Shown here piece by piece: positions 37,572 to 49,723 of a stretch of DNA of 64,000 nt; the stretch's first letter is position 1; each line of letters begins with the position of its first letter. The position numbers and the translations under genes were made by a program. The notes below the pieces were generated by a model. It searched no databases and was not told the origin of the DNA. It was given only the letters and a program-made list of their open reading frames with translations. The stretch comes from Squalus acanthias (lineage: Eukaryota). The DNA is taken from contig CM059432.1 of the NCBI GenBank assembly GCA_030390025.1, positions 97,280,001-97,344,000 of the forward strand, written 5' to 3'.

Positions 37572-40059
37572 AGTGAAGAGATACATATAGGCACAGCATA
37601 TATAGTCAGAGAACACAGCCAGATGATTAAAGTTAATTTAAAAAGTACATTAATTGGGAAGTTATTGGCGCTTTAGTCACAAATCTATAGACTTTTGTAT
37701 CAGTAACTGGTACAAATAAAAGATGTGTGTGTATAGGTAATATATAAAATTAAGCAGATTTTAAATGTAATTGTAAAGGGGTGGATTTACAAACTTATGC
37801 AAGTTCAGCGGAAGAGCTGTGGAAACCCTGACAAACAGTGTAAGTGGTGCTCATGTGTTTCTGGGATTTTTGCAGCTCTTCCGTTGAAGTTAACAATGAA
37901 CAAGTGAGAGAACGTCTGCAGAAATTCACCCTCAAAGTCTCAGACTGAAAAATTCAATTAGTTATTTTCAGGGACTGAAAGCAAATTGAACCAGTGGAAT
38001 GAAATTGATACGGTTGATGACTTGATTTAATCTGTAACTGGACAATCACAGTATACTGTGAGAAAAACCTGACCAGAAACAACACAAATATTTATTTAAA
38101 TATTATATGTCATTTTTTATAGTGCAGATCAATTCACTGCAATTACTGTTGAGTTGGAAGGCAACAGCCGAGAATGGCCAGTGAAAAATGTATTTCCTCA
38201 CCATCCAGGGTAGGAAGGGTGCCTTCAGCACTCACATCCCTTCAGGAATTTCTGAATTAACATTTACCAGGAGTTTTTCAAATAGAACAGAATTTCCATC
38301 AATCTGTTAGCTGATGTAATCAACATGTTTTTATTTTGGTTTGTTTTTCATGCTGTCAAGTAATCAGCTGGAGCAATGACCTTGAAACCCACACCTTAGG
38401 TTGGCAGACCTGCTTCCCGAGCTGCGTGAATCCCGTAGTCATGCAGGGAAATTTAAAAAGTAAGTGAATAAAGGCTCTTAAGTGCCTGTAAACTACCTGA
38501 TAATCATCTCAATTGAGTCCCCCGCCACTGCCGGTCGGTCAGCTCTGTGATGACAGACGCGCCTGGGGGAAAGGCAAGTGGTAGCAAGATGACAGCAGGT
38601 TCCTGACCCGCTGTCAAAAATAAAAACTTTCCCACCCGACCCACTACCGATCTCACCCGCTACCACCCTGGAAAATTTAGCCCACCGTTTCAGGTCGATG
38701 TCCTTTCATCAATGACCCACTTCCCTATCTCTTGCAGGAAAAGATGGCGCACAACCGGAAGCAACTGGAAATAACTGGAGGAGGAGAGGCGCACCTGCAT
38801 GTTCTAACCCCATGGAGGAGACATTGCGGGAAGGGCCATTGCTGATGTCGTGGCCACCGGCGGGGCTGAACCATAGAAGATGACAGTATCCTCATACCTA
38901 ATTCTGCTTCTCACATCCCACTTCTCCCTCATTCCTAACTCTCTTCTGAATTACAACCTGCGGATGTTGCAAGCATGGACTTCTTACACTCTCCACTCAC
39001 CACAATCCTAGTCCCTTTTTCATTTCAAATATCCAAGAACTGCAACCTAGCCAGGTGGAAGAGCAACAAGACAGTGAAGATGAAGGGACAACATCACTCG
39101 ATTTCACACTCACAGCCACGAGATCAGATAATGACACTGTGTGTAATTTAGAGGATAGCATTGAGGCGGGATCTGCACATGGTGAGACACCAGGCACAAG
39201 TGTGCTGCAGCCAGGACAGGTGCCAGCTCACCGGAGGGTGAAGTCGCACACTAGTTCTGCTGCAGAGGACTCAGATAAGGACTTCGATGGGCCAGGCTAC
39301 AGAAGAAGGCTGCTGAGTGTACACATCGAAAAGCTTGGTGCATTGGAAAGCCTACCAGACAGCCTGTGTGCAATGTCAAGGAGCATGGAGGAGTTCAGCA
39401 CCAACTTGGCACAGAGCTTTGCACAGAGCTTGGAGCCCATCCTTTCCAGCATGAAATGGGTGGCCAACTCCATCAACACACCTGTGGAACCCAGCATGAT
39501 GCAGCGTCGGATGGCCGATGTCTCAGCTTCCATTGCAGCACAAGCAGCAGCCACCCAATGTCTGAGTGCTGCAGCGGAAGCTCAGACTGCTGCCAACATG
39601 GCTGTGGATACCAGTGTTCAAAGGGGCTTCGAGTCCAGCAAACTGTTCTCCAACAGATTACTAGGATTGCTGAGGCGCCACCCCAGGAGAGTAGCAGTGG
39701 CTCCATGGAGCATGAACTTGCTGTCATCTCTCAGGGTGACAGCATTCGTGCTCGCACACCTGCCACTCTGGCAGTACCCTTGCTTTTGCCTGCCAACCAG
39801 CCAGCTCAGAGGGCTGCCGTCCATGCCGAGATGGTGCAGTCTGTATCCGGGCCTTCTATGCCCAGAGCTACTTGAGGTCATCCTCCAAGGCCATCTGCAG
39901 TCTCTTCCACTGAAAGGCAGCAGCCTTCCACCAGCCATGCTGCACCCACTGGGGTAGCACTTTGTAGGAGCACTCGGACAGGCAAAGGCACACGGAAGAC
40001 AGGCACTAAGGGAATGCACAAGGTTGATTAATGTATTTTTATAAGCAATTAAAAAAAAA

Positions 40060-42905
40060 AATTATTCATTCCTGAGATGTGGGTGCCGCTGGAAAGGCCA
40101 GCTTTATTGCCCATCCCTGGTTGCCCTTGAGAAGGTGGTGGTGAGCCGCCTTCTTGAACCGCTGCAGTACGCGTGGTGAATGTACTCCCACAGTGCTGTT
40201 AGGGAGGGAGTTCCAGGATTTTGACCCAGCGACGATAAAGGAACAGTGATATATTTCCAAGTCAGGATGGTGTGTGACTTGGAGGGGAACTTGGAGCTGA
40301 TGGTGTTCCCATGCGCCTGCTGCCCTTGTCATTCTAGGCGGTAGAGGTCGCGAGTTTGGGAGGTGCTGCCGAAGAAGCCTTGGCGAGTTGCTGCAGTGCA
40401 TCTTGTAGATGGTACACACTGCAGCCATGGTGCGTCGGTGGTGGAGGGAGTGAATGTTTAAGGTGGTGGATGGGGTGCCAATCAAGCGGGCTGTTTTGTC
40501 TTGGATGGTGTCGAGCTTCTTGAGTGTTGTTGGAGCTGCACTCATCCAGGCAAGTAGAGAGTATTCCATCACACTCCTGACTTGTGCCTTGTAGATGGTG
40601 GAAAGGCTAGGGGAGTCAGGAGGTGAGACACTCACCACAGAATACCCAGCCTCTGACCTGCTCTTGTGGCCACAGTATTTATCTGGCTGGTCCAGTTAAG
40701 TTTCTGGTCAATGCTGACCCCAGGATGTTGATGTTGAGGGTTCGGTGATGGTAATGCTGTTGAATGTTAAGGGGTTGTGGTTAGATGCTCTCTTATTGGA
40801 GAGAGTCATTGCCTGGCACTTGTGGCGCAAATGTTACTTGCAACTTATCAGCCCAAGCCTGAATGTTGTCCAGGTCTTGCTGCATGTGGGCATAGACTGC
40901 TTCATTATCTGAGGAGTTGTGAATGGAACTGAACGCTGTGCAATCATTAGTGAACATCCCCACTTCTGACCTTATGATGGAGGGAAGGTCATTGATGAAG
41001 CAGCTGAAGATGGTTGGGCCTAGGACACTGCCCTGAGGAACTCCTGCAGTGATGTCCTGGGGCTGAGATGATTGACCTCCAACAACCACAACCATCTTCC
41101 TTTGCTCTAGGTATGACTCCAGCCAGTGGAGAGTTTTCCCCCTGATTCCCATTGACTTCAATTTTACTAGGGGTCCTTGATGCCACACTCGGTCAAATGC
41201 TGCCTTGATCTCAAGGGCAGTCACTCTCACCTCAACTCTGGAATTCAGCTCTTTTGTCCATGTTTGGACCAAAGTTGTAATGAGGTCTGGAGCCGAGTGG
41301 TCCTGGTGGAACCCAAACTGAGCATCGGTGAGCAGCTTATTGGTGAGTAAGTGCCGCTTGATAGCACTGTCGATGACTCCTTCCATCACTTTGCTGATGA
41401 TTGAGAGTAGACTGATAGAAACATGGAAACATAGAAACATAGAAGATAGGAGCAGGAGTAGGCCATTCGGCCCCTCGAGCCTGTTCCACCATTTAATGAG
41501 ATCATGGCTGATCATCCAAATTCAGTACCCTGTCCCTGCTTTCTCCCCATATCCTTTGATCCCTTTAGCCTTAAGAAATATATCTAACTCCTTCTTGAAT
41601 ATATTTAATGAATTGGCCTCAACTGCCTTCTGTGGTAGAGAATTCCACAGGTTCACCACTCTCTGGGTGAAGAAATTCCTCCTCATCTCAGTCCTAAATG
41701 GCTTACCCTTTATCCTTAGACTGTGACCCCTGGGGCGGTAATTGGCCGGATTAGATTTGTCCTGCTTTTTGTGGACAGGATATATCTGGCCAGTTTTCCA
41801 CATTGTTGGGTGGATGCCAGTGTTGTAGCTGTACTGGAACAGCTTGGCTAGAATGCGGTTACCTCTGGAGCACAAGTCTTCAGCACGATAGCTGGGATAC
41901 TGTTGGGACCCATAGCCTTTGCTGCATCCAGTGCGCTCAGCCATTTCTTGATATCACGTGGAGTGAATCGAATTGGCTGAAGACTGGCTTCTGTGATGGT
42001 GGGGACCACAGAGAGAGGCCGAGATGGATCATCCACTCGGCACTTCTGGCTGAAGATGGTTGCAAGCTTGTCTTTTGCACTCATGTGCTGGGCTCTGCCA
42101 CCATTGAGGATGGGGATGTTCATGGAGCCTCCTCCTTCCGTTAGTTGTTCAATGGTCCACCTCCATTCACGAATGGATGTGGCAGGACTGCAGAGCTTTG
42201 ATCTGATCCGTTGGTTGTGGGATTGCTTAGCCCTGTCTATAGCATGCTGCTTCCATTGTTTAGCATGCATGTAGTCCGGTGTTGCAGCTTTCTCAGGTTG
42301 GCACCTCATTTTTAGGTACGCCTGGTGCTGCTCCTGGCATGCTCTTCTACACTCCTTATTGAACCAGCGTTGGTCCCCTGGCTTGATGTTAATGGTAGAG
42401 TGAGGAATATGCCGGGCCATGAGGTTACAGATTGTGGCGGAATACAATTCTGCTGCTGCTGATGGTCCATAGCGCCTCATGGATGCCCAGTCTTGAGCTG
42501 CTAGATCTGTTCTGAATCTATCACGGTGGTAGTGCCACTCAACACAATGGAGGGTGTCCTCAGTGTGAAGACCAGGTGGTGATGGAGGAGTCCGGTACTC
42601 TGGTATGATTCTGTGAGGCTGTTGCTTGACTAGACTGTGGGACAGCTCTCCCAATTTTGGCACAAGTCTCAGATTTTAGTGAGGAGGACTTTGCAGGTTC
42701 GGCTGGACTGGGTGTGCCTTTTTCGTGTCCACAGCCGGTGCCGAGGTTGATGCCGATGCCGGGTGGTCCGCCCGGTTTTAATCTTATTATTGTTTCTTGT
42801 AGCGGTTTGTTACAACTGAGTGGCTTGCTAGGCCAGTTCAGAGGACAGTTAAGATTCAAACACATTGGTGTTGGTCTGGAGTCACATATAGGCCAGACCA
42901 GGTAA
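40060..42905 (-). mobile_element. CR1-group LINE, degenerate, with 5' region and an internal endonuclease deletion
   Basis: ORF pieces 41848-42663, 40793-41415 (GVPQGSVLGP) and 40066-40638. Homologous to 12638-14400 and 1-2125. Confidence 0.85.
41417..41731 (-). mobile_element. CR1 3'-end fragment nested in a LINE
   Basis: Almost identical to ~27102-27410; the host LINE sequence joins across it. Confidence 0.9.
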
Positions 42906-43458
42906 GGATTGGAATGCTTCTATTGTGTTGGCTTTTATTTTTGTATTGTGGGCAAGAGGACGATGTGATGGTCAGTGACAGAGGGAAGGTAAGGAGTGTG
43001 GGACTGTTGGTAAATGGGGAATTGGGTTTGAGATTACTGGTATTGCTCTTGAATTAGTTGTTCAGATTGAGTCTGGGCAGAAAGGGACTGTCTAGGTTGC
43101 AGTCTCCCTTCCTCTTCCTTTGCCTCCACTTCCACCTCCTCCTCCTCTGTCTCCTCCTCCTCGTGCTCCAGATCTTCAGCTTTTCGACTGATAGGTGTTG
43201 GCAAGTGCTGTTCCCTCATGGTGGCAAGGTTGTGAAGCATGCAGCATACCACCACAAATCTTGAGACCCGCTCAAGCCGAGTATTGCAGAGCTCCTCCAG
43301 AGCAGTCCAGACAGCTTCAGGACTCCAGTGGTCTGCTCTATCAGATTTGTTGTGGCAGCATGGCTCTCATTGTAAGCCTGCTGCACACGTGTACCTGGGT
43401 TGTGAACCAGAGTCATGAGCCATGTCATCAGCGGATAGCCCTTGTCACCCAGTAGCCA

Positions 43459-45107
43459 TGAAGGGATAATTACAAGTCCTAGCCCTTTCAGACTACCACA
43501 GATCAGGCATATTCCCCAGACGTTTACCTTCAACTAAAGTTAGCGGTAGCCAGATCCTATAAGATGCTTAATTGGGTCTAAAGGTCAGACTACCTCTCCC
43601 TAAAGGAAATAAATGGTCTAAAGATGTTACCATCCTCCGGATAGTACTTTTAATAAGTTTAACTAGACTGTAACCTTCCGGATATTATGAGGGTCCGGAA
43701 TACCCCCCAGAATTCTGCAACTCCTTTGAGTGTACAGAAATTGAGTTCGCAGGATGATACAGAAATAATCTTTGAGATTATTCTAAAAATATATAGATTT
43801 ATTACAGAACCGACATTTAGTAAACAGTTGCTATGGCAATCGCAACTTTAATCGTTCAAAATACAAATAGCTTACATTTCTTATCAGAGATCCTTATTCT
43901 CAAATCTTAACTTCGTTACATTTCCACACTTCTACTTATTTCTTAATCCAGAATATCCACCAAAATCAAATGCCTTGATTACCCAAGACTCAAAAGTTGT
44001 AAACTTACAGAGAATGTCTGTAAAGTTGAGAAACGCTTGTCTTCCCAGCGATTTCTGACTTTCTGTTTGAAAAGGTCTATTTTTATATCTTTTTTGGGTG
44101 GTTTATCCTTTGAAGTTTTCCTGATGATGTAAGCTAATTGTATCAAGTCATTCTTTGCTGACTTTGTTCTATTCTTTATTGATATCTCTGTTGAATGCTT
44201 TCTGTCTTTACTGTCAATTTAGCCATTGCATGCATAATTATGTCTCTACCTTAGATGTTTCAAAACCATCATAAACACAATGACAGCAATGGTTTCTGTT
44301 TGATGCAATTCTTAGGAAGTCTTTCTATTGAATTTCTAACACTACTTTAACTGGTTATTATCAGACATTGTGACTCCGTGGTATTCCATGTTCAATACAA
44401 GAACAATGTAATTGCTTGGTGTATCCATTGAAGTAATATTTTCAAAGTCGTCTTGTTTGTGTACCTTTTACAACTTGTAAATTAAAACCACTTTAACTAG
44501 TATCTTCATGCATTTCTATTTACTTCAATTGGTTTTTATCAGACCTCGGGACTCCATCTTTCAAGCTTAACATTAAAACTATTTGTTCAGCAGGCATTTC
44601 TTTTACTTGATGTCATTTCTTCAAAGCCTTCTGTAGGTATCATATTTACAATATGTAAATTGAAAACACTTTAACTCAGTGTTTACTTGTTTTCTAGCTA
44701 TCTGAGTTGGTTGCATATTTAATCATGTGTCCTGTCTTATTTGATGTTATATTATGAAGGCTTATGGTTGTTTAATATTCTAAGTTTCTGTTTGCATCAG
44801 TGTTAGCTTTTAACACTTTAAACAGGGTGATTCCATTGTTTTGATTCCAATGTCCAGATGCTCTGGAAGCAAACCTTTGCTTTATCAATGGGACTTGTTT
44901 CTTGGTCAATAACCCATTCCCATTTCAAAGCCTGTGGTGTTTTACAACTTGTGAATAACTGATCTTTATCTCAGAAGCCTGTATTGTGCCTACAGCCTGT
45001 GTCGCTGAGGCTTTCAGACTTTTAAACCCAGTGTGTCATTTATTAATAATTTCAGAATTCCGTTCTTAGTTTTGTGTATTTTTCTGAATCCTGGCTATTC
45101 CTTCACA
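43459..45107 (-). mobile_element. Solo LTR, 1649 bp, related to 823-1959
   Basis: Minus strand TGTGAAGG...CCCTTCA with 4-bp TSD GCCA (43455-43458, 45108-45111). Splits the transposase motif [11 protein letters not shown]. Confidence 0.8.
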
Positions 45108-46443
45108 GCCACCCTTTGGTTTGCCATGGTGGTTGAAATACAGCAGGCACAGAGGGCTGACGCAGAATGAATGCATCGTGACTGCTGCCAGGATACCAGG
45201 CATTGACCTGCATGATGCACTGCCTATGGTCACACACCAGCTGCATGCTGAGGAAGTGAAATCCCTTTCGGTTCAGGTACAAGGCAGAGTTGACTTGAGG
45301 CGCACGCAAAGCAATGTGCATGTAGTCAATGGCACCTTGCACCATGGGGAAGCCTGCAATCCTTGCAAACCCTTGTGCTTGTTCCGTTTGCTTCTCTCTG
45401 GCAAGAGGGATATGCAATGAAGTTTAATTCATTCTTTGCATAGAGAGCCTAAATGGCAGCCCTTATGCAGCAGTGCACTGCAAACTGCGAGATGTTGCTA
45501 ACCCCTTTACCAATATGGCATCTGCCGCACTTCACGTCTGAAGTGTGCGCATGTACTGCAGATGCTATTTTGGAGCCTTAAGGCACTTCTTTGGTACTGC
45601 ACTGAAGTGTCAGCCTAGATTATGTGCTCAAGTCTCTGGAGTGGGCTTCAAACCTACACCCTCTTTGCTCAGATATGAAAATGCTCTCACTGAGCCAGGA
45701 CTGACACCAAATAAAGTGAAAAAAAATCTTAAGTTATCTGGGATGGAATGAAAGTGCCTACTAAAAATAAATCTTAGGCCTTCAAAAATGTTATCCCTCT
45801 TCAGGTTTTCATTTATTTATCTTTTTCCCCTCCAATACGAGTGATGGATTTTTTTGTATGCCTGCAGGCCCATGTTCCACTGCACTTTAAATATCATTTG
45901 TTTTCACATTTCATAGGTTTATAATCAAGGTCAATTTTCAGTTAACAGATTTTTTTTGAAACTGTTGATTAACTTTTGATAGTTTTCTAGCTTGCCATTG
46001 ATATATGTAATATACGTGGGTAGAATAAATGAAGGACAGAGACTCGATGAGTTGCTAGTCCATGTGCTTGCTTTATTAGGCTAGAGTGAACTGAGCATGC
46101 TCATACCAAACCATGTGACAATCCATGTGATAATTCATTACACTGCTTTCCCAGTAAAAAAAATGTTTGTATTCCCCTCTCAAATACAACAAAACTATGG
46201 TCCCACCTTTTCCAGCATTGCATGTACCACATAACAAAAATGCCGGGTTTTTTTTTCTTTTAAGTGAACTACAAATCCTACAAATGAACTACAAATCCAG
46301 TTTAATAACAGATTTGTGGATCCTTCCTGATCTGCTTAAAGAAGATTTTGGTGTTGAACCAATTTTCGGGCTGTTTTGTTTTGGTTCCAAACTCAAAGAT
46401 GATCCTGTTTCTATCTCAGACTTGTTTGAACCATCTGTTCACT

Positions 46444-49420
46444 TCAATCCACTTTGCTGACAAGTGATTCAAGATCACTGTCCAATCCAGGCCAGTAAAC
46501 AAAGCTTCTTGACATTGATTTCATACTGATGATCCCTGGATGTTCAGTATAAAGTTCGGCCAGAATTCTATCTCTCAAAGAAGCAGATACCACCACTCTG
46601 TTTCCCCACTCGATACAACCTTGCTCACAAGACAATTCAGTACAATGGTTATGGAATGGTTTCAACTCTGTGTCCAGACACTGATCAGTCCATCCATTCA
46701 AGGTGTTTTCATACACTCTTTTCAGTACTGAGTCCTTTTGAGTCTCATCTGCAATCTCAGTTGCATTCACAGGAAAGTCTTTGTCAACTGCACCTAGCGT
46801 GAAAATAGCACCTTCACTCTCAACACATGAGTTTTCATGTGGCAACCTGGACAAGGCATCTGCAATTGCGTTTTGCTTTGAAGTGCGATATTCAATCGTA
46901 TAGTCATATTGTGACAACAACACTGCCCAACATTGCATTCTTGATGCGGCCATTGCAGGGGTGGCAGATTTGTGCCCCAGTATTGCTAGGAGCGGTTTGT
47001 GATCGGTTATCAGGGTAAACTTTCTGCCAATCAGGAATTGTTGGAATTTCTTGATTCCAAACACTATGACGAGTGCTTCCTTTTCAATTTGCACATAGTT
47101 TCTTTCGCTCTTTGTGAGGGTTCATGATGTGAATGCAGTTGGTTTCTCTTGGCCGTCATCCATTACATGGCTTTTGACAGCTCCCACACAGTAGCTAGAA
47201 GCATCACACGCTAACTTAAGCACACACTCTGTGTCATTGTGCACAAGTAGAGCATCGATAGAGAGACTTCTCTTACAAGCATCGTAAGCTTCCTGTTGTG
47301 CTTTCGTCCACTTCCACTGGACATCCTTCTTGAGGAGCTTGTGCAATGGAGCTAACATGGTCGCTAACTCAGGTAAGAAAAGTGCGTAGCACTGGACCAT
47401 TCCAAGAAAAGATCTTAACTCAGACATGTTCTGTGGCTTTAGAGTATTGATGACAGCATCAACCTTTTCCTTCATTGGTTGCAAGCCATTTGCATCAACT
47501 TTCAGACCAAGGTACACAACCTCGGGCTGTACAAAAGCACATTTGCTCCTTTTGAATTTGACATTGTGGGAACTCAACCTGTGAAGCACTAAATCTAACA
47601 CTTCTAGATTTTCTTCCTCGCTGCTTGCTGCGATCAGCACATCGTCTTGATTGCACAAGCAATTTGGAACTCCTTGCAAAATCTTATTCATCGTAGCCTG
47701 GAAGATTTTGGGGGAGGACTTTACACCATATGGCAGCTTGGTGTATGAGTACAGTCCCTTGTGTGTGTTGATGGTGAGATACTGTTGACTCTCTTTGTCA
47801 ACATTCAGCTGAGTGTAAGCGTGCGACAGGTCAAGCTTGGAGAAACCCTTTGACCCAGAGAGTGCTGCATACAAAGCTTGCGATGTAGGTAACGGGTACT
47901 GCTTATCGTCAACTGCTTGGTTGATAGTAACTTTGTAGTCACCGCACAAGCATACCGTTTTGTCTGCTTTGGGCACTGCCACAATCGGGGTAGCCCATTC
48001 ACTTTTGTCAGTTTTTACTTGCACTCCGTTCTCTCTGAGCTTTGCTAGCTCTTCCTCCACCTGACTTTTCAATGCATAGGGGACTGGCCTTGCCTTACAA
48101 TAGACAGCTTCGCATTGGACTTGATGCAGATATGCACGTCATACCCAGTGATGCCCTCATAACTGTCTGTGAACATGCTTTTGTACTTGTTCAGCATTGT
48201 GATGAGTCACTTCTTTGAAGCATCTACACCGAAGATGTTATTCCAGTCTAGTTTTAAATTTATTAACCAGTTTTTGCCCATGAGGGTTGGCCTGTTGTTG
48301 TAGCTCACTACAATAATAGGCAGCTTTACTGACTGGCCTTTGTGTTGAACTGAACATTCATTTGTCCACATGTCTTTAGGATTTCTCCGGAGTAGGTTTT
48401 TAACTCTACGGTATTCTTTGTAAGTGGTATTTGATTAAACTTACTCTCATATGTGTCCTTTCTCATGATGGAGCAGTCCGCCACCGTGTTGATACACATA
48501 TCAATATATTGGTCGTTGATCAAAGGTTTTGTATGGAAGTCTTTCTCACGACTGCTAGCATTGTCACTAGTGGAATAGATACTGTAGATGCCTAGTTCTT
48601 CAACATCAGGTGTGTTCACTTCAATGTTGTGAACTCCTCCCTTTTGTTGTCGCTGCTTTGCAATGCCACTAGAATGGTTCTTACTTCCTGCTTTAAATCT
48701 AGCTCTGCAAGCTGTTGAAATATGACCTTGCTTCTGTCAGTGAAAACACTTCGCATTTCTGTATTGGCAGGACTGTGGTGAGTGATTTCCATTGCAGCGA
48801 TAACAATTCACTGAACTGCTTTTCACTTGGCCTCACAGGTTTAGGTTTGGCCGTGGCTTTGTGACTGTAGACCTCAGTTGCACTAGTCACTTAAGTTGGA
48901 CGGTGCTCCCTAGGATTCTTAGATGCCATCTCCATAGATAGGGCAATTTTGCATGCTATGTCAAACGTTAGGTTCAGAGTGTTCAGTAACTTGGACTGTG
49001 TGTGCTCATCCACCAGTCTACACACAAACTTATCTCGCAATGCACGATCCAAAAATATATCGAAGTTACAATGCAAAGACAGGTTCTTAAGAGCTACAAT
49101 GGTTTCACTTTGTTTTTGGTTTCTGGTACCAAACTTATAGCTCTCTGCTATTTCTAATGGTTTTGGGTCGAAATAGTCCTCGAGTTTCTCAACAATGTCT
49201 TCAAACGACGCATCCTTCGCTTTCCCTGGCGCGAGTACTTTTGTCAACGTTCCATAGACATTAGGCCCGATCTCTGTTAGAAAAATTGCTTTCTTCCATT
49301 CAAGAATTACTTTATTTTGAGCATGAATATTCTCATCCTCACCTTCGGTCTCAATAATGTTATTGGCCCTAAAAAACATCTCATCCGCTCAACGTAAGAA
49401 CTGAATGATTTGCAAGCTCG
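46444..49420 (-). pseudogene. Gypsy gag-pol remnants
   Basis: gag 48891-49379 (LRDKFVC), protease 48326-48619, RT 47122-48072 (WATPIVAVPK, LDLSHAY, QDD, DASSY), RNaseH/integrase start 46444-47094 (EKEAL, TDHKPL, ADALSRL, HPGI). Confidence 0.85.
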
Positions 49421-49703
49421 GTCATCCATGCCGAGGCTTCCGATGAATCCCGTAGGTGCAGTTATGATTATCCCGATCCCGTCGAACAGTGACTCGACTC
49501 AGCACGCTACCTGTGTACATGTGAAAATCAACGCCACTGTTACTGTGTATACATACACGCGAAGGTGAAGCACAGACGATTCTGTATGAGCATGAACAGT
49601 ACAACATCACAAAAATTCAGTTTAGGTATCACAAATTTACCTTAAACATGTCCACTCGAAGGTTGAACACTGTGTCCTTCCATGATCCCTAAAAATGGCT
49701 TTG

Positions 49704-49723
49704 GAATCCTATCCTCATTGCCA
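49704..49723 (-). other. Primer-binding site, tRNA-Ser(GCT)-like
   Basis: TGGCAATGAGGATAGGATTC just inside the 5' LTR. It differs by three transitions from the complement of the tRNA-Ser(GCT) 3' end as I recall it (TGGCGACGAGGATGGGATTC). Confidence 0.7.

Larger units (their letters stand above)
34340..37633 (-). mobile_element. Penelope-like retroelement with pseudo-LTRs, near full length
   Basis: ~190-bp near-identical direct repeats at ~34340-34526 and ~37447-37633, RT plus GIY-YIG coding region, flanking duplication TAATTTAAAAA (34329-34339, 37634-37644). Confidence 0.92.
33962..38683. mobile_element. Non-autonomous Harbinger-type element enclosing the Penelope element
   Basis: Ends AGCTGGAATTTTC / GAAAATTTAGCCC with flanks AAC/ACC. 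Subterminal sequence resembles Harbinger ends. It interrupts a short hammerhead-type repeat. Confidence 0.6.
33054..45580. mobile_element. PIF/Harbinger transposon copy 3, fragmented by multiple nested insertions
   Basis: Myb/SANT exon 1 ~33385-33612 (WMQCRKKFNDL), exon 2 from ~38738, exon 3 ~39030-40030. Transposase on - at ~43034-43458 and 45108-45500. Collinear with copy 4. Confidence 0.8.
32925..45710 (-). mobile_element. DeuSINE split into body (~32925-33052) and tRNA-like head (~45585-45710) by a Harbinger nest
   Basis: The two reverse-complemented fragments match consecutive parts of the intact SINE at 7570-8025. Confidence 0.6.

Noticed and set aside
39055..39957. 300-aa ORF as a novel host gene
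   Set aside because: It is exon 3 of the Harbinger Myb/SANT gene with a frameshifted tail, homologous to 52559-53618.
40793..41944. Apparent fusion ORFs (240 aa and 140 aa)
   Set aside because: Artefacts of a CR1 tail inserted into another LINE.
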